Shown: positions 1-9,280 of the stretch, piece by piece | Layout of the letters: the number at the start of each line of letters is the position of its first letter | Position numbering within the stretch: the first letter of the stretch is position 1 | DNA from: an uncultured virus (IMG/VR IMGVR_UViG_2540341072_000002) | Taxonomy: Duplodnaviria; Heunggongvirae; Uroviricota; Caudoviricetes | Strand: one strand, 5' to 3' | Virus record (IMG/VR): IMGVR_UViG_2540341072_000002 | Length of the DNA: 64,000 nucleotides | Notes under the pieces: model-generated | Database searches by the model: none | Told to the model about the DNA's origin: nothing | What the model saw: the letters and a program-made list of their open reading frames with translations, nothing else | Program-made: the position numbers and the translations under genes

Positions 1-134
1 TCTAACATATTATGTATTTTAGAAGCTTCATGGAGGTCGCTAGATGTCAAATAACCACTCTCATCTAATTTAAATGCTTTAAAGTATTCCTTGTTTTCAA
101 ACTGCAGTACATAAAAATAATCAATCAAAGGCAT
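1..134 (-). CDS. yopF: Small hypothetical phage protein, 5' part (runs off the window)
   Basis: ATG at 134 reads MPLIDYFYVLQFENKEYFK... and stays open to the window edge; AGAGG RBS overlaps the yopE end; name from synteny. Confidence 0.7.
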   Translation of the reverse strand, partial: MPLIDYFYVLQFENKEYFKAFKLDESGYLTSSDLHEASKIHNML

Positions 135-137
135 AAA

Positions 138-389
138 TCAACCTCTTTTAAATAATTTTGTAATCCTCATTGCCAATGGCAGTAAACCAATTAACATAAA
201 AAAAGCAATCACATTAAGCTTATTTTTGAAAAACAGGCTGGCCAAATTCCTTTCCATGCCCGCTGCTGTTTCTTTATCCATGAGTTCTTTAAACTCTTCA
301 TCATAGACCTGATCAACAAAAATAAACTTAATGCCAGTCAATAATCCAACTCCAAGCCAAATAATTAAAAAATAAGCTAATCCAATCAT
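138..389 (-). CDS. yopE: Small membrane protein, 83 aa
   Basis: Two hydrophobic segments, GGGAGG RBS, synteny. Confidence 0.8.
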   Translation of the reverse strand: MIGLAYFLIIWLGVGLLTGIKFIFVDQVYDEEFKELMDKETAAGMERNLASLFFKNKLNVIAFFMLIGLLPLAMRITKLFKRG

Positions 390-459
390 TTGTTCCCTCC
401 CTATATCGAACGAAATTTGGTATTCTTGAGTATGTTGAATAAATTATGTAGGTGATCTT

Positions 460-639
460 GTGGAAGAGAAATACGAAACAAACGGATATGACACTTCAAT
501 CGTATATGATTACAAAGAATATCCTGATGTAAAATACGGCCGCTGCGACAATTGTGATTACACTTTGTTTAAAAGCTCTGTGAAGAGTGGAATATTTTTA
601 CGTGAATGCAGAAGGTGTGGCATGAAAAAGAGCATTTAG
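460..639 (+). CDS. yoyH: 59-aa zinc-ribbon protein (CDNC...CRRC)
   Basis: GTG at 460 after AGGTGA, TAG at 637-639, two CxxC pairs; below the ORF-track cutoff and translated by hand. Confidence 0.75.
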   Translation: MEEKYETNGYDTSIVYDYKEYPDVKYGRCDNCDYTLFKSSVKSGIFLRECRRCGMKKSI

Positions 640-654
640 TGTAATGCTCTTTTT
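625..654. terminator. Intrinsic terminator after yoyH
   Basis: AAAAAGAGCATT-TAGTGT-AATGCTCTTTTT inverted repeat with T tract. Confidence 0.7.
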
Positions 655-740
655 GTTTAAAACACTTCTTTTATCTTGATTCTTTATGCTCTCGGATTAA
701 GACGCGTAATCGTGTTAAGGTTAGCATAAGGAGTGATACC

Positions 741-971
741 TTGCTAAAAGTTGCAAAAATTTCGGTTTCTTGCATTGTATTAGTCTTGTGCATATACTCA
801 TTGTTCAATCAAAATGAATTATTGTTGATTGTTGTGCAATTATTTGTTGCCGCCCTTTTATCATTAGTCGGAGTTGAAGCGATATTAAGCAAACAAAAAC
901 TGTCCGAATATTTACTGTTTGGATCAGCAGCCTTCTTACTTGTTGTAAACGGTGTGAAATTCATAATTTAA
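741..971 (+). CDS. yoyI: Small three-helix membrane protein, 76 aa
   Basis: TTG start after AAGGAG, strongly hydrophobic. Confidence 0.75.
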   Translation: MLKVAKISVSCIVLVLCIYSLFNQNELLLIVVQLFVAALLSLVGVEAILSKQKLSEYLLFGSAAFLLVVNGVKFII

Positions 972-975
972 TATG

Positions 976-1371
976 TTAATTTCGTAGGAATATCGAATCC
1001 CAAAACCAATAAATAAACGCAGCTACAATACTCATAATGTAATACTCAAAGCTTCTGAACATGGTAAGAGCATTTGGCGGATAATCAACAAACCAGAACA
1101 AAAACACAGCTGAAAAGGCCACTGCAATATAAATTAAAAAATTGATCAAACTGAATTTTCTGCGCCTTCTTCTTAGCCACACTTGCAAAGGGGCAGCAAA
1201 CACCAAGTAAGTGATTAAAGCGTAAAATGCAATGATGGCAATTGTGACTAATGCTATTGCCATAAATCCAGAGTAAACAAACAGATACAGACCAAAAATT
1301 AGACCAAATGACAAACTTGAAAACGCCAGAGTATAAACATAACTGTTTAACGCTTTTTGATTGAGGCTCAA
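976..1371 (-). CDS. yopD: Integral membrane protein, 131 aa
   Basis: About four hydrophobic segments, GGAGG RBS, synteny. Confidence 0.8.
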   Translation of the reverse strand: MSLNQKALNSYVYTLAFSSLSFGLIFGLYLFVYSGFMAIALVTIAIIAFYALITYLVFAAPLQVWLRRRRRKFSLINFLIYIAVAFSAVFLFWFVDYPPNALTMFRSFEYYIMSIVAAFIYWFWDSIFLRN

Positions 1372-1428
1372 ATCAGCACCTCCGCTTGTTTCACATTTCC
1401 CTTTAAAATCGTAGTTTTTAGATTTCAG

Positions 1429-2757
1429 TTACAGTTGGTCTTTAACAACTGATCTATATCTAATTAAAAAGGCCTCTAGTCTCCCCAACTCTGTTTTATG
1501 GTAATCATGATGAGTCCCTTCGGTTTCTGGAAATAATGGATTTTTGATAGGAAGCGATTCTGGTGAGTCCTTATGACTTTGGAACGTTTCCCAAGCTACG
1601 GGGTCAGATATTTGGAATGTCTCGCCCAATAACGAACAATGTCCACTGTCTTTTCTTTGCCTAACAGGAATAGCATAATTCTTATATAGCTTGTAATTTT
1701 CAATTGTTTGTCTGTTAATCTTAGAAGACAAATAACAGATTCCCCAGTATTCCGAAGACTCTGTCTGTTTAACCCATTCAAGCAAAAATTGAGGAATGAT
1801 ATATTCTGGTTTAAAAATGTCTTTTTGTTTTTTTACTCTAATTAGGCATGCAGATATTAAAATCCATGTCATAAAGTATGCATTAAATTTATATATTTTT
1901 CTTCTAAATGTTATTTCAAAAAATTTCTTTAGATTATCTGCCAGTTCCGTAGGTGAAACACTTAAATCCAGAATTTTTATATCTTCATCCTCAAGGTGAA
2001 AAACCGAAGTGTAGGTAGTATTTAAGTCAGGCCTTCCTAGTTCTTCCCAACAAACAAGTGATGAACTTCCAAGGTAAAGACATGGAAATCCTGGTATACT
2101 AAAACGATTTGTGCGTATTATTCCTCTCTTCTCAAATGGTATATGAAACATATCATCTTTAGAAAAAACCTCTGTGTTACTGGTTCTCATTCTAAAGAAT
2201 TTACAAGGAATACGAATACTATCAATGTTATATAAGAGCAGCTCTTCAATGTTAACCTCTTCAGAAAAGATATTCATTCCTTTATCAAATTCAGCATATG
2301 CTAAATGCACATAACCATCTAAGTAAAGTTCAATTGTTTTAGTAATTTGTTGCGCAAAAGATTCTATCTTTGTGATTTTTGATGAATCGAATGATTTTCT
2401 ATTTGGTAGCTTATGCAATTCTTCTATATATTCTGTATAAACATTCTCCATAAAAGCATCTAAATCATCCCCACCCGTTCTTTCTATTGGAATATCGCAT
2501 TTATCAATAATAAAACTTAATATTGGATCTATTTCAATAGTCCATTCAATTAAAATGTCTAACCTTTCTTTATTTGAAAAGGTGCTGGTGTTAATTTTTT
2601 CCTCCCCAATAACATCATTGGTGTTTTTGTCTATAAATTCAGGTTTTACTGTTAACTCTTTAAAAATATCAAATGCAAGCTCTTTCAAAGAATCATTAAT
2701 TTCCTCATGTTTCGATAATTCTTTTTTTAGCCTTTTAGCTTTTCTATACAAATCCAT
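1429..2757 (-). CDS. yopC: RES-domain protein, 442 aa
   Basis: FRMR...NRFSIPGFPCLYLG...E...EYIIPQFL...GICYLSSK...NYAIP is the pattern typical of RES domains. Confidence 0.8.
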   Translation of the reverse strand: MDLYRKAKRLKKELSKHEEINDSLKELAFDIFKELTVKPEFIDKNTNDVIGEEKINTSTFSNKERLDILIEWTIEIDPILSFIIDKCDIPIERTGGDDLDAFMENVYTEYIEELHKLPNRKSFDSSKITKIESFAQQITKTIELYLDGYVHLAYAEFDKGMNIFSEEVNIEELLLYNIDSIRIPCKFFRMRTSNTEVFSKDDMFHIPFEKRGIIRTNRFSIPGFPCLYLGSSSLVCWEELGRPDLNTTYTSVFHLEDEDIKILDLSVSPTELADNLKKFFEITFRRKIYKFNAYFMTWILISACLIRVKKQKDIFKPEYIIPQFLLEWVKQTESSEYWGICYLSSKINRQTIENYKLYKNYAIPVRQRKDSGHCSLLGETFQISDPVAWETFQSHKDSPESLPIKNPLFPETEGTHHDYHKTELGRLEAFLIRYRSVVKDQL

Positions 2758-2864
2758 TTATGTTCTCCTTATTAATTTTTCACCTTTTCCATATAAGTAC
2801 GATTTTATGTAGACCTGGAAAACTTGTAATTCCTTCCTATGCTTGTAACTTTAGTATACCATTT

Positions 2865-3092
2865 TCATCCTGAGTGATCGATATGGTTATGGCTTTTTTC
2901 GAATATCAGCAATTCCTGCAGCTCGATGTTTAGGTATGTACAGACTTTATCTAACAGATCTCTTGGATACCGCTCCATTTCGTCATTATAAAGCTTTCTG
3001 ACAGTTGGATACTCATGATCAATATCTCTAGATAGCTTCCGGATACTGATCTTTCTTTCGTCTATTATGGACTTTAAATTTGATCTAATCAT
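2865..3092 (-). CDS. yopB: Cro/C1-type HTH regulator, 75 aa
   Basis: [35 protein letters not shown] signature. Confidence 0.85.
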
Positions 3093-3352
3093 AATTCCAC
3101 TCTTTTCATTTGTCTTTTATTGATACCTTATAGTAATCAACTGATACATAAAAAAGACCAAGATAAGACTTGGTCAATAATGCATAAATCTAAGTTCGTT
3201 TTATCGTTCTTATTCGTGATCTAAATCGAAAACCGTTTAAACCTTTTTAACTTCTTACAACATAGATACTTAGTCAAAAGCAAATGTTTTTTGTATGGCA
3301 ACTCTGAGAAATTTTTATCGCCAACTGACTGTAAATCCTTATAAAGACATTT

Positions 3353-4669
3353 TTAATTGTCTCTTGTTTTCCAAGGGACAAATTCATATACTCCTTCTAT
3401 TATAGGTACCTTTAAACGGTTTACATAACTTCCTTCATATCCCAATATTCCAAGTGTTAGTAATTCAAGATACCAAACACCAAGATAAAGTACATGGAGC
3501 TTATCTATCGGATTGTCAAAATCAAGTTCCCTTGTAGGATGGACTATCTTATTCCTAAATACAGTAAAAAGGTGTGGGCCATCGTCATAATTATCCTTAA
3601 TGTCAATAAAGAGTTTTGGTATTGATAAGTCAATTGAAAATCTAGATAATATTTCTCTAAATTTCTCTGCTGCATTCATATACTTATATTTCGATTTACT
3701 AATATTGGATTTTCTGTCTACAATAAGATACACCCACGCCAAAGTTTCCAATGCAACCTGAACAGATACCACCTTGTTTTCTACTATACTTGATGAATGT
3801 GCTTGGGAGTACCAACTCAACACTTCCCATAAAACTTTATTCCAAAAAGGATCTTCTTGCTTCTCAATCACCTTTGGAAATAAATGTTCTAAGGATGGAG
3901 ATTTTTGTTTTGGAAACCAAGTAATATTATTAGTCCAGCCATCTATTAATGGAACTTGGTATTTACTCCATATTACCTCCTCGTTGTGGTATCCTTCCAA
4001 TGTAGGGATAGCAACATGTCTACCTGCTGAAAAGGATAATAACCAATAAAGCCCTGAAATAAGTGGTTCTACTTCTTTAGTATCAAATAATTTATCATCC
4101 ACTCTTTTTAAATATCCCACATGTGTTATTAAGTATCCACCCGAATTTTTTAATCTATCAAAGATTTTTTTGTTTGAATAGTCATATCGCTTATCCAAAA
4201 TTATTTCCCAATCTTTATATTTTAATTTTGTTCTCCCTGAAAATTTAAACCTTCCATGCACAATCCTTCTACCTAAATCATTCACGAAGTTAACCACCGT
4301 GAATTCCATTCTATTCACTTTAGTTTCAGCTGAGGTTAAAATAGATCGTTTTAGTATCCCTGATACTTTGTTCCCTTTACTTCCGTCTGTTATACCTGAA
4401 ATAAGAACTTCAGATTTCATAAATCCAGGTACATTAATCATCATATTATTACTTTTCATTGCCTTTTCAAATTCGAAAAGCTTGCTAAGATTGCCTGAAA
4501 TGGCTCCTTCAAATATTAGTCTAGCTTTTGGTAAAAATGCAATTTTAACTTCTCCCAAGATTTCAAAAAAATCATCAGCAACTTCAATTGTAAAGTGGCC
4601 GGTATAGATTTTAATCGGTTCATTAATATCGTACTCTAAAAAGGAGGATTCAAGAGCTATATTTTCCAA
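3353..4669 (-). CDS. yopA: Hypothetical protein with C-terminal HEPN-like RxxxxH motif (ApeA-like), about 438 aa
   Basis: Long ORF; TTG start at 4669 after AGGTG; FRNKIVHP motif. Confidence 0.75.
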   Translation of the reverse strand: MENIALESSFLEYDINEPIKIYTGHFTIEVADDFFEILGEVKIAFLPKARLIFEGAISGNLSKLFEFEKAMKSNNMMINVPGFMKSEVLISGITDGSKGNKVSGILKRSILTSAETKVNRMEFTVVNFVNDLGRRIVHGRFKFSGRTKLKYKDWEIILDKRYDYSNKKIFDRLKNSGGYLITHVGYLKRVDDKLFDTKEVEPLISGLYWLLSFSAGRHVAIPTLEGYHNEEVIWSKYQVPLIDGWTNNITWFPKQKSPSLEHLFPKVIEKQEDPFWNKVLWEVLSWYSQAHSSSIVENKVVSVQVALETLAWVYLIVDRKSNISKSKYKYMNAAEKFREILSRFSIDLSIPKLFIDIKDNYDDGPHLFTVFRNKIVHPTRELDFDNPIDKLHVLYLGVWYLELLTLGILGYEGSYVNRLKVPIIEGVYEFVPWKTRDN

Positions 4670-5025
4670 ATTTATCACCTAATTATTTTCTCAAATTTTA
4701 AAGTCTATTATTTAAGTTCTTCATTACTTTTGCAATTCCTTCACTAAGGAGGTCATTCCCCATAGAGTTCCAAACCTGCTTCTTTTCTTTTAATTCTCTG
4801 TCCCTAATTCTATGCGATTATTTAATGAACCTGTCTTCTTGAAGATCAATCATGACCATCTCCAATTTTGTTCTGTACAGCTTTCACTATCCATATTCTA
4901 TTTAAAATATGCATTTTATTTTGATATATATCTGAAGCTAAACATTCTTTATTCAAGAAAAGAATCGCTGCTTTGAACTATTGTGACTCATTTAAAACGG
5001 TATAATCACTTGTTAAAGCTAATTC

Positions 5026-5532
5026 CTATCCTTCCCAGGTAATAATATAATTGAGTGGTTCTAACCCCTTTTCTAAACAAAGAACCGTGTACTCAAATTC
5101 TAAATCAAGGATTTCTCCTTCCCATGCCTCATCGAAATTCCCTGACCCTCTTTCTTTTCGATCAATGAAATAGTCCCTCTTCATCTCAATGATTTGTTTT
5201 TCAAGATCTTCAAATCCCGTAGAATAATCTTGATCAGTATTATGAATTTCTTCATCAATTTTATCGAGTGCAGCGTAAACTTCTTCGTCAGACATGCAAT
5301 CAACTTGTGAATGCGTGTATCCCAGATTAAGCAGGTCATTTCGGCAGTTATTTGAAATGCTTCCTTGTAATCTATTTGTAAGACTAGACTCAAATTTTTC
5401 AAGCTGTGATTCCAGCTCAATACGATTGGATTTAAGAGCATCAAGATTAGTATCTAACTCACAGTATTGTGTATTAATTTCATTTTCCAATTCATCAAGT
5501 CTAGACTCCAGATTAAAAAGTTGCGCATTCAT
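5026..5532 (-). CDS. yonX: Acidic coiled-coil hypothetical protein, 168 aa
   Basis: AGGAGG RBS, own sigma-A promoter, synteny. Confidence 0.8.
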   Translation of the reverse strand: MNAQLFNLESRLDELENEINTQYCELDTNLDALKSNRIELESQLEKFESSLTNRLQGSISNNCRNDLLNLGYTHSQVDCMSDEEVYAALDKIDEEIHNTDQDYSTGFEDLEKQIIEMKRDYFIDRKERGSGNFDEAWEGEILDLEFEYTVLCLEKGLEPLNYIITWEG

Positions 5533-5551
5533 TTTAACTACCTCCTGTTTT

Positions 5552-5636
5552 TATACATATTATTTGTATTTGTTATTTATATTATAACTTGATAATCTAT
5601 AATAATCAATAATTAAATACATATTTTTTGTATTTG
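5552..5636 (-). promoter_or_regulatory. sigma-A promoter of yonX flanked by two ATACA-N7-TGTAT operators (probably SPbeta repeated element/MrpR sites)
   Basis: Minus strand TTGATT (5609-5604), 17 bp, TATAAT (5586-5581); operators at 5553-5569 and 5617-5633. Confidence 0.75.
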
Positions 5637-5859
5637 ATATAGCGTTAATATTAATTGCTCATGAGGGGGTTTGGGGGTGGTGTGAGCAAAAATTGTTCAG
5701 GTGAGGAACGAACCGTTTTGAACAATTAGCAGCACCCCCATTCTCTTATTTTATTATTTAATTTATTTACTTCTTTTCTTCTACGAGAGACCCCTATAAA
5801 ACCCTTATGTACCAAGGGTTTCAAAAACGATTTATTGCTTTTTTTTTCATACGCTATTC

Positions 5860-7092
5860 TTATCTCTGGTTCTCTAACCAATCCATTAACAGCTTTCTCA
5901 TTCGTGATGATGGGACATATATATTAATATCCTGTCCATTTCTTATAGCTGATCTCCAAATCCATTGAATCATCTCAGATAAAGCAAAATTGTCCTCGTT
6001 TATGATTATTCCCTTGGATCTAAAATAATCATCAATTGCAGGATTAACGAATCTGTTTATTGAATAAACCAAAGATCTTTTGTGACTGTATTCGTTCGTT
6101 GCTTTGATGTTACAGGCTAAAAAGCCTTTCGTATAACCTTTCCCACTTAGTTTACTTTTATGTGATTTAAAAGTTGTCCAAAGATTACCCTTAGACTTTG
6201 ATTTAAGTATATTCTGGTAGTAATTCAGAATATTATTCTTAAGCCGTTTATGTAACACTGAACGTTTTTCAAACCAGTTTTTTGATAATGCATAATAATC
6301 ATCACCAATTTTATTCAAGTCACCTTCATATATTTTAATTTTATGTCTTAGGACATCCTTCTTTGCTTTATCAAATTGCCTACTGTGCTGCATTAATTTA
6401 TAACTGTCATTGTCTTTGACTACTGCATAAAGTTCATATTCTATTCCGTTAATGTCATAATAATATTTCTGAATCTGAGCATCAAACAAATATGTAAGAT
6501 TATAGACCTGTTTAAATTGGGCAAAGATGTCTGCAGGAAACTGCCAAAACAATACAGACTCATTATGCAAAATTAAGTTTTTACTCTTGGCCAAATGTTT
6601 AAGTGTTTGGAACTCTCCTTTATATTCCCTATTAAGATTTCTTTCTTGTTCATCATTCCAAATGATTGTGCCATTATTGTTCTTAATCCATTCATTTTGG
6701 AACAGCATATCCAGATCATCCTTGGATATATTTAATTTCTTAACCACTTCCATAGTTTCATCCAGGATAAGAGTATAATTGCCTGAGTAAATCAATTCTT
6801 TAGTTGTTTCATTAGCCATACTGAATAAAGCATGAGTTGTTACAATGTCATTGTTATCTGCTAAATGTTTATGTAATGAATCCAGTTTATAGAGCGTTTC
6901 CCCTTCCTCACTATGTATTTTTGGTTCGTAAAACTTTCTATTCGTACATGACCTCTTTATTCTTGTTACCTCATCAAGATATGGTGTGATAAAGATAAAA
7001 TGCTCATTCTTTGGTGCCTCATTCATCATCTTAATAATGTAAGTTGTTTTACCAGATCCCATAATAGAATCGATAACTTTAACTCTTTCCAT
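5860..7092 (-). CDS. yonV: Superfamily-2 helicase-like P-loop protein, 410 aa
   Basis: Walker A MGSGKTT, Walker B LILDE, C-terminal QWIWRSAIR motif VI-like. Confidence 0.8.
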   Translation of the reverse strand: MERVKVIDSIMGSGKTTYIIKMMNEAPKNEHFIFITPYLDEVTRIKRSCTNRKFYEPKIHSEEGETLYKLDSLHKHLADNNDIVTTHALFSMANETTKELIYSGNYTLILDETMEVVKKLNISKDDLDMLFQNEWIKNNNGTIIWNDEQERNLNREYKGEFQTLKHLAKSKNLILHNESVLFWQFPADIFAQFKQVYNLTYLFDAQIQKYYYDINGIEYELYAVVKDNDSYKLMQHSRQFDKAKKDVLRHKIKIYEGDLNKIGDDYYALSKNWFEKRSVLHKRLKNNILNYYQNILKSKSKGNLWTTFKSHKSKLSGKGYTKGFLACNIKATNEYSHKRSLVYSINRFVNPAIDDYFRSKGIIINEDNFALSEMIQWIWRSAIRNGQDINIYVPSSRMRKLLMDWLENQR

Positions 7093-7173
7093 ATATCCTC
7101 CTTATATTTTAATTTTGTATCGAAAAATAAGGAACGATAATTGCCTTACCGCTCCCTTATTTATAACGCATAT

Positions 7174-7362
7174 TTAATTATCCTTGTGTTGCTGCATGAT
7201 TAATACTGAATCATCTTGTTTTACTTTGCTTATCTCTTCTCTGTACTCTAAAAGGTCTTTATCAATTCTGACAGTTGCTTCTTTGATGGAGTCAATATCT
7301 TTCTTGAGCATTTCCAATTCCTTTGTTAGCTGCTGAATAGCATCCAGGAATTTTTTCTCCAA
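7174..7362 (-). CDS. yonU: Small coiled-coil protein, 62 aa
   Basis: GAGGTG RBS, synteny. Confidence 0.75.
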   Translation of the reverse strand: MEKKFLDAIQQLTKELEMLKKDIDSIKEATVRIDKDLLEYREEISKVKQDDSVLIMQQHKDN

Positions 7363-7406
7363 TCATCTCACCTCAATGATTTAATTATACCATGAGGCCT
7401 ATATGA

Positions 7407-7658
7407 TTAGTGTGACTTGTTTCTTAGTTTAAGGAATACACAATAGATGATCCATAACAATATGGCAATGATACATGTGACAACAAAAATTGTGTTGATT
7501 AGCGCCTGTCCTTCGCTGCTGAAGTAATCTTTGATGAGTTGAAACATTAAGAATAAGCCAATGAATGTGATATGGGTAAACCATAATGAGAATCGTTTCA
7601 TGTTTGCAATGTGCTTGATCATGTTATAATATGGGTAGGAACTAAAGGAGAAGTTCAT
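7407..7658 (-). CDS. yoyJ: Small membrane protein of the yonT-yoyJ/SR6 toxin-antitoxin locus
   Basis: 83-aa ORF with two hydrophobic helices directly downstream of yonT. Confidence 0.8.
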   Translation of the reverse strand: MNFSFSSYPYYNMIKHIANMKRFSLWFTHITFIGLFLMFQLIKDYFSSEGQALINTIFVVTCIIAILLWIIYCVFLKLRNKSH

Positions 7659-7741
7659 TCCCCTTTAGCTTAGCTCTCATCGGCGTATACGTTGGCGTTG
7701 TCTCTTTGGTCGGAGCCGCTTGCGTATACGCTTTTTCTTTT
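7637..7741 (+). ncRNA. Antisense antitoxin RNA SR6 (ends approximate)
   Basis: Extended -10 TGtTATAAT at 7622-7630; ends at a GCGTATACG-containing stem plus T run near 7740; complementary to the yonT 3' end and the yoyJ start region; known locus. Confidence 0.7.
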
Positions 7742-7853
7742 TGCTTGTCCCATTCTTTAGGTTTCTTACCTTCTCAACTATTGTTAGACTGTTGATTGTA
7801 AGAACCGTTAAAGATATGAGGAAAGCAACTACGATACCCATTTTCTCAAGCAC
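7677..7853 (-). CDS. yonT: Type I toxin YonT, 58 aa
   Basis: GTG after AGGAGGTG; hydrophobic N-terminus and very basic tail (KKKKRIRKRLRPKRQRQRIRR). Confidence 0.9.
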   Translation of the reverse strand: MLEKMGIVVAFLISLTVLTINSLTIVEKVRNLKNGTSKKKKRIRKRLRPKRQRQRIRR

Positions 7854-8204
7854 TATGTACACCTCCTTTCCTATGACTCTATTATAACATAATTCATGAT
7901 TTTTATATACATATTTTTTATATTTGTGGTAAGTTATTTGTGTGTTGATGGATGGTATTAAGATGCCTTGTGTGCTGTTTGAATGAACAAGAATACAATT
8001 GGATTGGGAATTGATTAAGGATGCTTAGAGAGGTGTTATATTGGCTCTGAGAGCGTGTTAATGTATGAGTGTGATTAGGTGGAATGTATGATGGGATCCG
8101 GTGTAAATTTTTCGTCTTCTTTCCTCAAGAAGTGAAATATGATACAAGGTAAAGCCTCCTACCAACAAAATAAAAACTTATGTTCGACTTTATTTTCTAA
8201 AGAA

Positions 8205-8228
8205 AAGCCCCAAAATAGGGCTTGTTTT
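8205..8228. terminator. Terminator after yonS
   Basis: AAGCCCC-AAAATA-GGGGCTT stem with A/T tracts on both sides. Confidence 0.65.
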
Positions 8229-8839
8229 TAATGCTCTAAGTTAATTTTTAAGTCTAGCTTGTCCCCTAAATTCTTTAAGTCCTCATTAAATGGAGAAGAG
8301 ATTCTCAGCCGAATTGATTCTAAATCTTTTATATCCTCTTCGTTATCAAAAACATATATGATGGATCCACTATCATTTACTTTTCCTACGTACTCGTCGA
8401 GAAGCCTGTCACTTTCCAACAATGATGGCTCATCGATTTGTACCCCAGTGCTTGTTGCTAATTGTGCTAGACTTGGTCTGAAACGAACTACTTCATCAGA
8501 TGTATTTTCTGATTCAATTTGAACATCAATAAAAGGTAGTTGTTCGTTGGCAACAGCGGCAATTACTTTTTTTACAGTAAATTGGATCGGGCCAGTTTTC
8601 ACAGTGGTTTCTTTATTGCTGATGGCCATTACTTTAGCTGTACCACCATCAATTTCATAAACATCCCCAACTTTTTCAGGACCATTAACTGAGATGTCTT
8701 GGCTTTCTGATGTGTTGGTATCAGTTGCATTGTTTGTGTCTTCTGATGATGAAGAAGACTCTTCACTATTTTTGCAAGCTGCGAGCAATATCAGTGAAGT
8801 GATTAATAGTAAAATCCCCAATTTTTTAAACAATTTCAT
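8228..8839 (-). CDS. yonS: Lipoprotein, 203 aa
   Basis: Signal peptide with LLAAC lipobox and Ser/Thr-rich linker. Confidence 0.85.
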   Translation of the reverse strand: MKLFKKLGILLLITSLILLAACKNSEESSSSSEDTNNATDTNTSESQDISVNGPEKVGDVYEIDGGTAKVMAISNKETTVKTGPIQFTVKKVIAAVANEQLPFIDVQIESENTSDEVVRFRPSLAQLATSTGVQIDEPSLLESDRLLDEYVGKVNDSGSIIYVFDNEEDIKDLESIRLRISSPFNEDLKNLGDKLDLKINLEH

Positions 8840-8953
8840 TTCCCCTTTTTACTCCAGTTATTTTTTCTTTTCTTTCATTTAACTTAATGGTGTTAAACAG
8901 TTTGTTTTCTTTTTATTAAACAAATGTTTTACCAGAAGAATTAAGAATAGCTA

Positions 8954-9280
8954 CTAATGTTCTTCGAACTCTTTTTTTAAAAGATAATACAGTAACTCTT
9001 TAGCTTGCTCTTCCGAGATCATTCCATTATATCCAGCAATTAAAGTCTCTGGATCATTTAATATCTCATCGAGATCAAATTGTGCATGTGTGCCTTTTAG
9101 AAGAAAGTCAGTAGATACTCCTAATATATTGCTTAATTTAGTAAGGGTTTTTAAATCAGGTTCAGCCTTACCAATTTCATATTTCCCATATCCCTGTCTC
9201 GTAATTCCTAAGAAATCCGCCATCCGTTGCTGGCTATATCCTTTGGAGGTACGGCATTTTTTTAAACGTTCTCCAAACAT
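8954..9280 (-). CDS. yonR: Xre-family HTH regulator, 108 aa
   Basis: MFGERLKKCRTSKGYSQQRMADFLGITRQGYGKYEIG; ATG at 9280 after GTGAGG. Confidence 0.9.
   Translation of the reverse strand: MFGERLKKCRTSKGYSQQRMADFLGITRQGYGKYEIGKAEPDLKTLTKLSNILGVSTDFLLKGTHAQFDLDEILNDPETLIAGYNGMISEEQAKELLYYLLKKEFEEH

Noticed and set aside
3188..3204. Weak TTTTAT half-sites at 3199, 4947, 7173 and 32105
   Set aside because: Two or more core mismatches in AT-rich DNA; not counted as members of the 11-6-11 family.
4697..4853. Short minus-strand reading frames between yopA and yonX with an RBS-like GGAGATG
   Set aside because: Interrupted by stops within 11-30 codons; at most a gene remnant with no recognisable family.
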